This document shows, piece after piece, positions 1-8,654 of a DNA stretch of 60,392 bases. This DNA comes from Chloroflexota bacterium (GTDB lineage: Bacteria; Chloroflexota; Anaerolineae; Caldilineales; Caldilineaceae), in the NCBI GenBank assembly GCA_039028975.1, contig JBCCHB010000104.1, positions 1 through 60,392 of the forward strand, read 5' to 3'. The notes under the pieces were generated by a model. It saw only the letters and a program-made list of their open reading frames with translations. It ran no database searches and was not told where the DNA came from. The stretch's first letter is position 1, and every line of letters begins with the position of its first letter. The position numbers and the translations under genes were made by a program.

Positions 1-2
1 GA

Positions 3-2570
3 ATTAAAGCTGTTGAGAACAAGTCTATTGGGCTGATTCGGGATGAAATCGGATACGACCTAGAACGAAACGGTGGCAGTGCCGTTGAGCGGTGGGGCAA
101 AGGCCACATCCCACCAGAAACCGAGGACATTGAGTCCCTTGCCAGGATTTTCATAAAGAGGGGAAAACTGCCGGAATCCTGGATCAGGAAATTTCTGGAA
201 TATGCAGGCTACCCGAATATCAACGACCTTTGTGCCAATTTGTTCCACGATTCAGATGCTGTTCCTGGTGACATCTACTCCGCAGCAACAAACGGGAATC
301 CAACCGCGCAACCGATACCGGATTCGGTCAACGAACAGTGGCAAACGAAGGTAAATGCCCGTTTGGAACCACAAGGGTACTCGCAGCTTTTTGGCATAGA
401 TGAGTATATTCTACAACTCAACCAGCATCTATTGGAGTTAGACGATATCTGGCTTATTGCTATTCAGGGCATGGGCGGTTTGGGAAAGACCACACTCGCT
501 GACTATGTGGTGCGACAGCCGGAGATGAGCCAACGGTTTGAGGAAATTGCGTGGGTGACGATCAAGAAGCATGGCTATATCCTGGAGGAAGGGAGAGTTA
601 CAGGAGATGACGCCTTTGTGGACAGGGAAGGGATTGTCGAAATGCTCTGTACCCAACTGGGCATCGTACATCATCAGGCATTACCTCCACATCAAAAACA
701 AAACGCCTTGATCACGCATCTGAAACGCGTCCCCTGCCTCATAGTGCTGGATAATCTTGAAGAGCTTCCAGATATGGGGCGTTTTATTCCATTCTTGCAT
801 TCGCTGACCAACCCAAGCAAAATCCTCATCACCAGTCGGCATGCTCTTCCCCAGACATCAGGCATTGCACCTATGGGTATGAAACGCCTGCCCAAAGATC
901 ATGCAACAGCGTTCCTACGCCATTTGTTAGGCAATCATGGCTCTTCTGCTCTAGCTTCCGCGACGGATGCGCAGTTAGGCCAGATGTATGATCGGGTAGG
1001 CGGTCATCCTCTGGCCTTGCGGATGGTTGCCAGCCAGGTGCGTATTTTGTCGCTGCCTGTGGTGCTACAAAATCTGAGCGCAGTGCCTGATGATGAAACG
1101 GATACATTGTACCATTTTCTATATCACAGGTCGTGGGAACTCCTTTCGCCCGATTCGCAGCAGCTACTAGCACTCATGCCGCTAGTGGATAATGGTTCAA
1201 GCGAGCAACTAGCTGCTATCGCTGAACTTAGAATTTCAGAATTGAACACAGCGTTACGTCAGCTAGTCCGCATGTCGCTCATAGAGGTGCGCGGAGGTCT
1301 GGAGGAGAAACGGTATTTTATTTACCGTCTGACCGAAACCTTTCTGCGTAAACAAACCCTTGCATGGAAAGCCCAGCCACATCGTTTTACAGAGTTCCAA
1401 TTCAGGCGTGGCACAGAGCGGAACCTGGATTACTGGCAAGCATGGCTTGAGCAACACAGCCATGAAGTGGACAGGCTGCACCGTGATCAAGCAGGTGTTG
1501 TCAAAGCTATCTGGTATGGATTGGATGTTCCTGATGCATTGCCTTCTGCCTATGCTCTCATTGAGCAGTTTTCACCCTATATGGAGCATCGGGGACATTG
1601 GCAAAGCTGGGGAAACGTGCTTGATACAGCCATAGAAACCGCGCAAGGAACGAACGGTAACGCACAGTTGCCATCGCTTTCTATCTCACATGCGCGTCTG
1701 CTCAGGCATCAGAGCCGCTACCTGGAAGCCGTTTCAGAATATGTCCGTGCTATCCGTCTTTCCCGCCAAGCGAAAGACCGCTATGCCAAGGCAAGGGCAT
1801 GGTCGAATTTAGGTCATCTCTATATTGAACTGGATCGGTGGTGGCGCGCGGAAGTCTTATGTGTTCATTCATTACAGATATTTGAGGAAACGGATAGTGT
1901 TCATGGGCGCGCCCATACGCATAACCATCTTGGTATCCTGTATACCCGCCAATGCAGGTGGGATGTAGCATGGCATCATCTACAGCAGGCTTTGAGTCTG
2001 TGGCAGGAGATGGATGAACTGTATGGCATTGCCGTTGCTAATCTCAATCTGGGCAAACTGGCTAACGATATGCGTATGGAAGCAGTGGAGCCGCCATGCT
2101 CTGCACATGGATTTCTTGAACGGGCCATCGATTATGGCACACAAACGGCGGATGAGGTGGCAGTCGCCATTGCGCGTATGAATTTGGGGATTACCTATAA
2201 GCTGGATGGCGAGTTAGATGAGGCCGAGCGTATCTTTCACGACTCAGCAAAGATTTTTGAGGAATATGGGGATGCCCTTAGCCTTGCCTTAATTTCTGAC
2301 AATCTGGGAGTGATATATGGCGAACGGGGAAACCCAAAGCAGGCGATGCATTATTTGCAAAAAGCCCTTGACAAATGGCGCGCATTGCATAGCCGATACG
2401 GCGAAATACGCACCTTACTCTATTTGGCAGAGTGGGAACTCAAAATCTGGAGCAAAAAGAGCGGGCAAGACTGGCTAGAGAAAGCCGGAGATCTTCTGTC
2501 ACAGGGTAATACAGGAGAGAAATATCCATCGCTACAAAAGACTTTTGAACGACTGAGTAGCAGCCTATGA
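3..2570 (+). CDS. STAND NTPase: N-terminal XRE-like HTH, NB-ARC ATPase, C-terminal TPR repeats. The frame is open to nt 3, so the gene is 5'-truncated by the window.
   Basis: Walker A 'GMGGLGKTTLADYV'; kinase-2/Walker B 'CLIVLDNLEE'; GxP motif 'VGGHPLALRMV'. Multiple TPR-like 'NLG.IY....W..A' repeats in the C-terminal half. The upstream frame reads '...AVERWGKGHIPPETEDIESLARIF...' (HTH-like) with no stop back to nt 3. Confidence 0.85.
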   Translation: MKAVENKSIGLIRDEIGYDLERNGGSAVERWGKGHIPPETEDIESLARIFIKRGKLPESWIRKFLEYAGYPNINDLCANLFHDSDAVPGDIYSAATNGNPTAQPIPDSVNEQWQTKVNARLEPQGYSQLFGIDEYILQLNQHLLELDDIWLIAIQGMGGLGKTTLADYVVRQPEMSQRFEEIAWVTIKKHGYILEEGRVTGDDAFVDREGIVEMLCTQLGIVHHQALPPHQKQNALITHLKRVPCLIVLDNLEELPDMGRFIPFLHSLTNPSKILITSRHALPQTSGIAPMGMKRLPKDHATAFLRHLLGNHGSSALASATDAQLGQMYDRVGGHPLALRMVASQVRILSLPVVLQNLSAVPDDETDTLYHFLYHRSWELLSPDSQQLLALMPLVDNGSSEQLAAIAELRISELNTALRQLVRMSLIEVRGGLEEKRYFIYRLTETFLRKQTLAWKAQPHRFTEFQFRRGTERNLDYWQAWLEQHSHEVDRLHRDQAGVVKAIWYGLDVPDALPSAYALIEQFSPYMEHRGHWQSWGNVLDTAIETAQGTNGNAQLPSLSISHARLLRHQSRYLEAVSEYVRAIRLSRQAKDRYAKARAWSNLGHLYIELDRWWRAEVLCVHSLQIFEETDSVHGRAHTHNHLGILYTRQCRWDVAWHHLQQALSLWQEMDELYGIAVANLNLGKLANDMRMEAVEPPCSAHGFLERAIDYGTQTADEVAVAIARMNLGITYKLDGELDEAERIFHDSAKIFEEYGDALSLALISDNLGVIYGERGNPKQAMHYLQKALDKWRALHSRYGEIRTLLYLAEWELKIWSKKSGQDWLEKAGDLLSQGNTGEKYPSLQKTFERLSSSL

Positions 2571-2617
2571 TGGTAGGCCGCTACTCCTTTATGTGCCTCA
2601 GACGGCAAATGGGTTAC

Positions 2618-2767
2618 TTAACAGCCGCCACCTACATTTCCGCCACTACAGGCAGAGACGGAAGTGGTGTCATACCCAAAGGTATCTGCTGCAAACCCCA
2701 TACCGACATACAATGTCAATGCCGTCACGATACCCAGAACACACAGGACGATTTTTCGTTTCAACAT
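2618..2767 (-). CDS. Unannotated 49-aa ORF (MLKRKIVLCVLGIVTALTLYVGMGFAADTFGYDTTSVSACSGGNVGGGC) with a signal/TM-like N-terminus and a Gly/Cys-rich tail.
   Basis: ATG (rc of cat 2765-2767) to TAA (rc of tta 2618-2620). Hydrophobic N-terminus, convergent with the NB-ARC gene. Below the 60-aa ORF-track cutoff. Confidence 0.25.
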   Translation of the reverse strand: MLKRKIVLCVLGIVTALTLYVGMGFAADTFGYDTTSVSACSGGNVGGGC

Positions 2768-3032
2768 GGCTCTATAGCCCTCCAAAGGCTAAATGAGATA
2801 GAGCCTGCTGAGTATAAGCTCATACCACCCGTCGGTGGCACCACCGGTGTTTCCTCAACAAGCAAAATGGTCGATACGTATTAGTCTGTACAAACCGTTG
2901 CTTGCTGCCAGCCCTAGAACAGGTCTGTAACTGCAAGTGCATCTATTATTTCATGGGGCGGTGGCGGGTTTCAATATCGGGCGCGATATAGCGCCAAATC
3001 TCCTATCAATAGCACACAATGTCTTTCGGGAT

Positions 3033-3389
3033 TTATTTCAGTGCCTTCCGGACAGCATCGGGTGCATTGGCGATGGCAGTGAGGAAGGCAATAGCGGTTC
3101 TGTCCGGTGAACGGCCCTGCTCCCATTCCTGAACGGTGCGCACAGACAGATGATAGGTTTCTGCAAATTGGCGTTGTGACAGCTTCAATTTTTGGCGTAT
3201 GGCCTTGATATCCGGTACAGGGCGGAAGCGTTTTAACTCCTCTTTGGTCATAGGTAGCGCGTCTGGATCTGACTGTGCTGCCTCTGTGATTTCTTCTTCA
3301 GTCATTGCATTCACCCGTTGCCAATCAGTCATGCCTGTTGAGGGAGCATGTGGATCAAGTGTGACTCTCACAATATGTTCTTCGTTCAT
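3033..3389 (-). CDS. BrnA-like antitoxin (DUF4415-like N-terminus plus XRE-type HTH).
   Basis: 'TEEEITEAAQSDPDALPMTKEELKRFRPV' (DUF4415-like) followed by 'LSQRQFAETYHLSVRTVQEWEQGRSPDRTAIAFL' (HTH). Operon order is toxin then antitoxin, as in BrnTA. Confidence 0.7.
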   Translation of the reverse strand: MNEEHIVRVTLDPHAPSTGMTDWQRVNAMTEEEITEAAQSDPDALPMTKEELKRFRPVPDIKAIRQKLKLSQRQFAETYHLSVRTVQEWEQGRSPDRTAIAFLTAIANAPDAVRKALK

Positions 3390-3630
3390 CTTTCCTTGCC
3401 CTTCGTGCTGAAATCATACGTATGCGTCCATTTCGGTAGGTGTAGACTACCAATAAGATCTGTTCCTCTACCATACCGATGATTCGATACCGCGCCTCAC
3501 GATAATCGTTTCGGCAATCCATTTCAGTGATATAGCGAGGATCAAGAAATACGTTCTTGGCATCCTGAAAATCTATGCCATGCTTCTGCATATTGGCATG
3601 GTTTTTCTTTTGATCCCACTCAAATTCCAT
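3355..3630 (-). CDS. brnT: BrnT-family (DUF497) ribonuclease toxin.
   Basis: 'MEFEWDQKKNHANMQKHGIDFQDAKNVF' and 'RMISARRARKDERRTY' match the BrnT/DUF497 signature (FEWD..K...N..KHG..F..A...F ... ISAR.A). Overlaps the downstream antitoxin by 35 nt. Confidence 0.8.
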   Translation of the reverse strand: MEFEWDQKKNHANMQKHGIDFQDAKNVFLDPRYITEMDCRNDYREARYRIIGMVEEQILLVVYTYRNGRIRMISARRARKDERRTYCESHT

Positions 3631-3688
3631 AACTGACTATACGCGTAACGCGTAGCCATTTCAATGAAAATCGACACTGCCTCATCTT

Positions 3689-4570
3689 TCACATTGGCCT
3701 GCTAACCACACCTATTGTGCTGAACACTTCTCTGAACCTTTCACTCTCTGTTCCAAGGTAAAAGAATACATTGCCATGCGTGGGGCTACGCTGCTGCTGG
3801 CCATTTTTATCGATGAAACGAATGCGATGGTGAGTAGTGCAGGAGATATAGGTACTTGCCAGCTTCATATACCATGTGGCTGCAACGGCAGGCCGGACCA
3901 GAATGACTGCCTGGGTGATGTTGCCTGCCTCATATTCCTGGATGGCCTTGCCTGTGAAAGCTGCGGCTAATCCTGCCCCGAAAGGCGGGTTGAGCCAAAG
4001 ATTTCCTTGCCAGGGTTGCTCCAACCCATTATCCTTGATGCCATACCACTGTTTGGCCCGTATCCATTGCTGGGCTACTTCATTAGAGGCAGGGTCAAGG
4101 GAGATACGCCCCATGACTTGTCTGGCCATCTCGATATATTCGGATGGTGTATACCATTCATCACTTACCGAGCTACATTTGGCCTCATGGGGTTTACGTT
4201 TTCTGGTTTCCAGCCATGCTATCTCCCGCTTGATTTTCTTCAGCTCCCGTCCATTGTCAATTAACCGTTGGAACAGTTCGATTTCAGCATCTTTCAGATA
4301 GCGGCTCTTACAGCCATTTGCAAAGGGTGTACGGCTCCGGAGTTTGCCATAACGTCCTTTTCCTTTGGCGGTCCCTCCTGGTTTTGAATATTCGATCCAA
4401 CAATCCTGTAATATGCCCTCTTGCTGGAGCTGTTCCTGTTTGCGTTTGAGTGAAGCAAGACTACGCTGAGGCATAACAACTTTCGGTGGGCAGGATTCGG
4501 GGGCAAAACAGCAATGAGGCTCTTTTCTACTCTCCTTTGTGTCACATGGCAAGCCGTCACCCGAATGCAA
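3689..4570 (-). CDS. Phage-type DNA N6-adenine methyltransferase (Dam_phage-like). Probable true start is Met at ~4474.
   Basis: 'DEWYTPSEYIEMARQVMGRISLDPASNE' then 'NLWLNPPFG', i.e. the W.TP ... LDPA ... NPPF arrangement of phage Dam methylases. Confidence 0.7.
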   Translation of the reverse strand: MHSGDGLPCDTKESRKEPHCCFAPESCPPKVVMPQRSLASLKRKQEQLQQEGILQDCWIEYSKPGGTAKGKGRYGKLRSRTPFANGCKSRYLKDAEIELFQRLIDNGRELKKIKREIAWLETRKRKPHEAKCSSVSDEWYTPSEYIEMARQVMGRISLDPASNEVAQQWIRAKQWYGIKDNGLEQPWQGNLWLNPPFGAGLAAAFTGKAIQEYEAGNITQAVILVRPAVAATWYMKLASTYISCTTHHRIRFIDKNGQQQRSPTHGNVFFYLGTESERFREVFSTIGVVSRPM

Positions 4571-5011
4571 TGGGTGATTTTCTTTGCCTTGCCATCTGAT
4601 TTGTGATTGAACGATGCTGTTGCTATTCCAGTACCCAATTGTTTGCTATGCCCCAATCTGAGCCAGACATCCCCGCATTATCATCAACGGAGCAGCCTAT
4701 ACCACAGGAAGATGATATCACTTCGCCTACAGCTCCCCTTTTGCCCCTTAGCCCTACCCGTTATGTGGAACTACAAATGAACGGACTATATGGTATTTCC
4801 CCGGAGCGGCGATATATCCGTCCTGACCTGCCCTATGACCTTTACGATGGCTTGGCGGCAGTCACGGACGACCTCATGGAAGTGGAGGAACCGGAACGAT
4901 AGCAGCGCCCTTCTAGCGCAGTTTTCACCTTTTCTGCTTGCTCTCATCGGCACGTCCCGATAGAAGGGAAAATCTTAAAGATGTTTACCCTAAACCCAGT
5001 GCGCTACCCCG

Positions 5012-5890
5012 ATGCCTTCTTCCCCTTCATGGAATCAATATAGCAAGGACTTCATCAACATCCTTGAAGGATTCCGGTATCAGCACGGTATCCGAGAAGT
5101 GTTTTCCGACTGGGTTGAGGTTGCAGCCTGTGCCATCCACCAGGAACCGTATCATTTGGGGCTGGTGATACGGGATGAAACCTTTGATATCGTTGAAGCG
5201 CAATATATGGAGGCAGTGAAGAAGTATAACAAGGAGGAATTGAATGCTTTCGCCAATCTACTTGCGATCACGAAAATGGCGCTTGGTGAGGGCTATGGTG
5301 ATTTTCTTGGGAGAACGTATATGCAGCTTGAAATCAGTAACGACCGCAGCGGTGAATTCTTTACACCTTATCCAGTGTCCCTGATGATGGCCAGAATGAC
5401 CCTGGCGGATGTAGCTGAACAACTTCAGAAGAAGTCTTTTATCACTGTATCCGAACCAGCTTCTGGTGCAGGTGGGATGCTGATCGCACTGGCAGAGGTA
5501 CTTCAGGAGAAGGGATACCAACCAAGTGAAGCCATGTTCTTTGAGGCAGTTGATGTAAGCAAACTCTGCGCCGATATGACCTACCTACAGACAGGAATTC
5601 TTGGACTGTCCGGCATGGTGAGGCATGGCAATACGCTGACGATGGAGTCATGGAGCCACCGCTTTACACCGATATGTCGTATTTTCCCATACCGTACCAA
5701 CAGATTCCTGGACAGCCTTTATACTGATCCGGCGGAAATACCCGAACCAGAACAACCACCTGTTGCCGCCAACGACAATGAATTAGAGCAAGAAACCAGC
5801 ACACCCACACCAGAGGCTACTGCTGAAGCCGAGGTACTTGATCGCCTCTCTGACCTCGATCAATCTTACGTCCAGGGAAGATTGTTCTAG
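5012..5890 (+). CDS. N6-DNA-methylase-like protein (HsdM/gamma-class AdoMet-binding core) lacking a recognisable NPPY/F/W catalytic loop. Degenerate or non-catalytic.
   Basis: 'GEFFTPYPVSLMMARM' then 'VSEPASGAGGMLIALAE' (FxTP ... EPAxGxGG). No NPP[YFW] follows, and there are no adjacent hsdS/hsdR. Confidence 0.5.
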   Translation: MPSSPSWNQYSKDFINILEGFRYQHGIREVFSDWVEVAACAIHQEPYHLGLVIRDETFDIVEAQYMEAVKKYNKEELNAFANLLAITKMALGEGYGDFLGRTYMQLEISNDRSGEFFTPYPVSLMMARMTLADVAEQLQKKSFITVSEPASGAGGMLIALAEVLQEKGYQPSEAMFFEAVDVSKLCADMTYLQTGILGLSGMVRHGNTLTMESWSHRFTPICRIFPYRTNRFLDSLYTDPAEIPEPEQPPVAANDNELEQETSTPTPEATAEAEVLDRLSDLDQSYVQGRLF

Positions 5891-6302
5891 GCTGCTTCTT
5901 CTCTTACAGCCAAGCTATCCGGGCCTGCTCAGGCTATGCTGAAGGCCCTTTGCCCCTCGTTACTTGCCAAGGTGTCAGCCTCACATTGCCATCTCTCAAA
6001 GAGCGGATGCTACATGTTGCTTAACCCCTTTTCCCTCTTGACTGCACTCGCTATTTCCCGCTCATTTTTTCTTTTATCCGTCCTTATTTGATGCTCTGGG
6101 CAGGGTATCACGTCTCATGTGATGGGTTATAAGGCAGGTATCGGTACAGATTTCTCCACGTGGTGTCCGTTGGTTCCGGCTTGTGTAGCAAACCACAGCA
6201 GACAGGCAATGCCGCGGTCCGCGCAAACGTGTTGGACATGCCTGTCTGCTGCGGCCTGCTTCTCTTCTCCTCACATACGAACCACAACATAGGAGAAAGA
6301 TC

Positions 6303-6542
6303 ATGACTGAATCAACCACCAACAAACCCGTATTCACTTTCCGACTTGGTACCCTTTCCGCCACCATCTGGCAGAACCGGACGAAGAAAGGAAGCTATTA
6401 CCGTACAGAAATGGTTCGGAATTACAGAGATACGGAAGGTGTCTGGCAAACAAGTAGCAGCTTCGGCCATGAGGAGTTGCTGAATGTGGCCAAACTAGCC
6501 GAACGTGCTGAAGACTATATCGCCCGTCTTACGCAATCCTAA
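6303..6542 (+). CDS. Hypothetical 79-aa protein.
   Basis: ORF only. Sits directly upstream of the methyltransferase gene. Confidence 0.3.
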   Translation: MTESTTNKPVFTFRLGTLSATIWQNRTKKGSYYRTEMVRNYRDTEGVWQTSSSFGHEELLNVAKLAERAEDYIARLTQS

Positions 6543-6612
6543 CAAGGCACATTTTCACAGGGCTGCACCAAAACGCAGCCCTTACTATTACACTTACTTC
6601 ACGGAGTATCTC

Positions 6613-7269
6613 ATGTTTTCGATTCACAGCTTTCTGAACCAACTCATTCACGATAATTGCATCCAGGTGATGCAGACCATGCCAAGTCACAGCATCGACC
6701 TGATCGTCACCGATCCACCCTATCTGGTGAATTACCGCTCCCGCGATGGCCGCACCATTGCCGGGGACCAGGATGATGCATGGCTGCATCCAGCCTTTGC
6801 CGAGATGTATCGGGTACTTACTCCCAACAGCCTGTGTATTTCCTTCTATGGCTGGAACAAGGTAGACCGCTTCATGGATGCATGGCGCACTGCCGGATTC
6901 ATGCCCGTAGGTCACTTCACTTGGAGCAAGCCTTATGCCTCTAGTCAAGGCTTCACCCAGGCCAGACATGAAAATGCCTATCTACTCGCTAAGGGTAACC
7001 CCAGAAAACCTGCCCATCCACCCAGAGATGTTCTGCCCTGGCACTATACCGGAAACCGACTGCACCCGACGCAAAAGCCTGTCTCTGCACTCACACCGCT
7101 GATTGAGGCATACTCTACCGAGGGTGCCATCATTCTCGATCCCTTCGCTGGTTCCGGCACTACTGCCGTTGCTGCTAGACAGTTACACCGTGCCTTTATC
7201 GGTATAGAGATGGACCGCACCTATTTCGTTAAGGCCAAAGACAGGCTGGCAAAGCATTCCGCCTCGTAA
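6613..7269 (+). CDS. DNA methyltransferase (N4-cytosine/N6-adenine, PF01555-like). The ORF track begins at 6505; the first ATG is at 6613.
   Basis: 'IDLIVTDPPYLVNY' (DPPY motif IV) then 'ILDPFAGSGTTAVAA' (AdoMet motif I), the beta-class motif order. Confidence 0.85.
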   Translation: MFSIHSFLNQLIHDNCIQVMQTMPSHSIDLIVTDPPYLVNYRSRDGRTIAGDQDDAWLHPAFAEMYRVLTPNSLCISFYGWNKVDRFMDAWRTAGFMPVGHFTWSKPYASSQGFTQARHENAYLLAKGNPRKPAHPPRDVLPWHYTGNRLHPTQKPVSALTPLIEAYSTEGAIILDPFAGSGTTAVAARQLHRAFIGIEMDRTYFVKAKDRLAKHSAS

Positions 7270-7399
7270 ATCGTAGACTGGCCGCTTTGGTATAAGAGCG
7301 GCCTGTTGCATTGGGCATCTATTAAGCGTAACCATTTTACGTCACGGGAAGCCATATTGCCACTTGATTTGTACGCCTTTTTAGCATACAATTGGGTGT

Positions 7400-7699
7400 A
7401 TGGAAACAGAACATGCAACGCAGCCAACAAAGAATCAACGCATCGCTACCCGCGTGACCAGTGAGCATAAATTACTGTTTGAGCAAGCCGCTCTCCTGAA
7501 GGGGATATCCCTGACGGACTTTATGGTGAGTTCTGCCTATGATGCAGCGGTCAAAGTGCTCATGGATAGTCAGGCTGTGTTAGAGGTGGGGGCAAAAGAC
7601 AGCCATGCTTTGATTGAGCGCTTACTGCATCCCCGCCAGCCCTCTGAATTGCCTGAACTTCAGAAAGCGGCTGCACAGAATCCATGTATCAAGTCATAG
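7400..7699 (+). CDS. DUF1778 (TacA-like RHH) antitoxin with no intact GNAT toxin partner.
   Basis: 'RIATRVTSEHKLLFEQAALLKGISLTDFMVSSAYDAAVKVLMD' matches the DUF1778 family. The downstream ORF (7614-7814) is not GNAT-like. Confidence 0.65.
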   Translation: METEHATQPTKNQRIATRVTSEHKLLFEQAALLKGISLTDFMVSSAYDAAVKVLMDSQAVLEVGAKDSHALIERLLHPRQPSELPELQKAAAQNPCIKS

Positions 7700-7864
7700 T
7701 CGGTGGCGGCACAATCATTTTACACGCAGTTGCTCACACGGATGTATCCCTTTGATCAAGCAGCGATGTATTTCTATCAGAAGTATCGTTTTCTTTCCTT
7801 ACCAGTTATGTTGAATATACTGTTTATCGAGATGGCAACGATCTGGAACAAGTTTGCCGTCTGA

Positions 7865-8617
7865 ATGGATATGAGTCAATGCAAAAGTGATACGGACATA
7901 GTTATTTTTGTCTACGGTGCAATGTTATCATTACGTTCTCAATTACAGGCCAAGATTGTTTTAAAAGTCATTTCGGTCGTTTCATTTGTCATCGCATTTA
8001 TTTGGTTCGTTGTCGAACCAGGTTTCGAGCCGATCCTGGCATTTCTGGGAGGAACCGCAGCCCTAATATCCTCTTTTGTTGATTCTGGTCAACAAAGTAA
8101 CGACGATGAAACAAGCTCTAATTTGGTGAATCAAACGGTTCGGCATGACAAACAGTATGATTATTTGACATCATCGCTACACAAAAAACCAGTCGAAAGA
8201 CCCAAAATCAAGTATAGGCCCACTCAAGATAAGGTAGTGGAAGATAAGCTTTACGATGCATTCATATCGCTAAGAAACCTATCATTCATTATTCTAATAT
8301 TCTCTTTATTCATGGTATGCGTTTTGACAGCAATGATGATTGCCCGGCTAGATGGCATACCGCTGATTGGATTCATCTGGCTAGTGACCATATTTAGCAT
8401 CTTTATATTCATGATGAAGACTCTTTATCGACGAATATCTGTTACGGGTTATTATGGCAAGATAAAGCTTGTTGACACACGAGAAACCATAAAACATTCA
8501 CTACAAAAACGAACCTGGGGAAACGTATTCACTAACATTTATATGGAGGCAGTCATTTCCTTTTTGCTCAAAACTAAGAAAAGGGAAGCTGATAAGCTTA
8601 TGGGCTGGTTTGGATAG
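7865..8617 (+). CDS. Polytopic (about 4-TM) membrane protein of unknown function, translationally coupled to the downstream peptidase.
   Basis: Hydrophobic segments 'IVLKVISVVSFVIAFIWFVV', 'ILAFLGGTAALISSFV', 'LSFIILIFSLFMVCVLTAMMIA', 'IPLIGFIWLVTIFSIFIFMM'. AT-rich codon usage. Stop at 8615-8617, 37 nt before the next ATG. Confidence 0.6.
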   Translation: MDMSQCKSDTDIVIFVYGAMLSLRSQLQAKIVLKVISVVSFVIAFIWFVVEPGFEPILAFLGGTAALISSFVDSGQQSNDDETSSNLVNQTVRHDKQYDYLTSSLHKKPVERPKIKYRPTQDKVVEDKLYDAFISLRNLSFIILIFSLFMVCVLTAMMIARLDGIPLIGFIWLVTIFSIFIFMMKTLYRRISVTGYYGKIKLVDTRETIKHSLQKRTWGNVFTNIYMEAVISFLLKTKKREADKLMGWFG

Positions 8618-8654
8618 AGCCAGCAGTAGGCAGTTTGTTAGGGAGAATTGGATT

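Noticed and set aside
438-2608. Multiple 60-100-aa ORFs on the opposite strand or in alternate frames (e.g. 438-674, 692-895, 871-1173, 1263-1490, 1750-1971)
   Set aside because: Entirely nested within the well-supported NB-ARC/TPR gene, with no motifs. Typical shadow ORFs. The same applies to ORFs nested in the SNF2, ABC, RepA, selA and LysM genes.
2930-3000. Near-palindrome GGCGCGATATAGCGCC between the NB-ARC gene and the BrnTA locus as an element boundary or att site
   Set aside because: Imperfect (2 mismatches), single occurrence, and no matching repeat was found at the other end of the mobile region.
5012-5890. Calling this a functional Type I HsdM subunit
   Set aside because: AdoMet-binding motifs are present but no NPP[YFW] catalytic motif, and no hsdS/hsdR partners. 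Kept only as a methylase-like degenerate protein.
7865-8617. 250-aa protein upstream of a caspase-like protease considered as a bacterial gasdermin
   Set aside because: It has four clear ~20-residue hydrophobic helices (polytopic membrane protein) rather than a soluble gasdermin-like beta-rich N-terminal domain. Only size and gene context match.
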